The notes beneath the pieces were generated by a model. That model ran no database searches. It had not been told where the DNA came from and saw only the letters and a program-made list of their open reading frames with translations. Positions 63,606 through 64,000 of a DNA stretch of 64,000 nucleotides are shown in pieces. The stretch is from a virus. The position numbers and the translations under genes were made by a program. The first letter of the stretch is position 1. Every line of letters begins with the position of its first letter. Location: the IMG/VR virus record IMGVR_UViG_3300033153_010139, positions 32,001-96,000 of that record; one strand, written 5' to 3'.

Positions 63606-64000
63606 ATGAACTGCCTCATTCGATTCTTGCCCTTGGTCCTGCTTGTTCTACCCACCGGGTGCGTCAGTGTGGTGGAGAAGTTCTACCCGAGCGACGCGTT
63701 GCCCGAGGAGTGGCGTCCCCTGGAGAAGATCCAGGAGCGGCCCGAGATGCTGGCGAAGGACACCGTTTCGACCACCATCGGACGCACGCTTTACGTCGCG
63801 AATCTGGCCAAGTGGTTCGAGAAGCACCCGCCTGGCAGCGTGCGCTGGCGGGCTATCCTTCGCCACGAGCAGGAGCACTCGCGCCGCCAGCTGGCCGCCG
63901 GCGTTCTGCTCTGGATGGCGAAATACGCTTACGACATCGACTTCATGTGGAACGAGGAGATGATCGGGTATTACTACGCGATTACCATTCGGCAGCAGGG
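63606..64000 (+). CDS. Predicted lipoprotein with HExxH zincin motif, 3' truncated
   Basis: GGAGG RBS; MNCLIRFLPLVLLVLPTGC lipobox; ILRHEQEH..Q; open to the window end. Confidence 0.65.
   Translation, partial: MNCLIRFLPLVLLVLPTGCVSVVEKFYPSDALPEEWRPLEKIQERPEMLAKDTVSTTIGRTLYVANLAKWFEKHPPGSVRWRAILRHEQEHSRRQLAAGVLLWMAKYAYDIDFMWNEEMIGYYYAITIRQQ
63645..63653 (-). promoter_or_regulatory. GGGTAGAAC promoter-like motif upstream of the groES operon
   Basis: Same motif as the other five copies, oriented toward groES. Confidence 0.4.

Noticed and set aside
1-64000. Many long alternative-frame and antisense ORFs in the track (e.g. 34827..36098-, 42340..43614-, 52813..53919-)
   Set aside because: Arg/Pro-rich shadow ORFs expected in high-GC DNA, with no RBS or motifs. 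Only 48830..49408 has its own RBS and a recognisable domain.

Overview
This window is part of a large, high-GC tailed phage genome, probably a jumbo myovirus. Bases 1-39050 are a co-directional virion module. It holds baseplate wedge genes (gpJ/gp6-like and gpI-like), three paralogous collagen-linker fibre proteins, a tail tube-initiator-like protein and about 20 kb of Gly/Ala/Thr-rich fibre or decoration proteins built from shared repeats. A promoter-driven, highly structured ~310-nt non-coding region interrupts it at 15.1-15.5 kb. Bases 39100-64000 are an accessory region of tightly coupled genes diverging from a control region at 41.2-41.45 kb. It encodes two HNH nucleases, an ADP-ribosylglycohydrolase, a phosphoesterase, two DNA methyltransferases, dNK and TK kinases, a MoxR AAA+/vWA-peptidase pair, a radical SAM protein, a bL12-CTD-like protein, an NT5C-type nucleotidase, GroES and a phage tmRNA. 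Five observations stand out. (1) At least 12 unrelated accessory proteins carry the same ~10-aa helical motif (consensus SAVDxLAxLA), mostly near the C-terminus, suggesting an undescribed docking or targeting system. (2) An HNH endonuclease gene is fully nested in another frame inside a methyltransferase gene whose own frame stays open. (3) The tmRNA encodes an atypical 30-aa tag ending AVLV. (4) The 15.1-15.5 kb region is a candidate novel ncRNA. (5) Phage-specific promoter and operator-like repeats recur. All assignments come from reading motifs by eye; no database searches were run.
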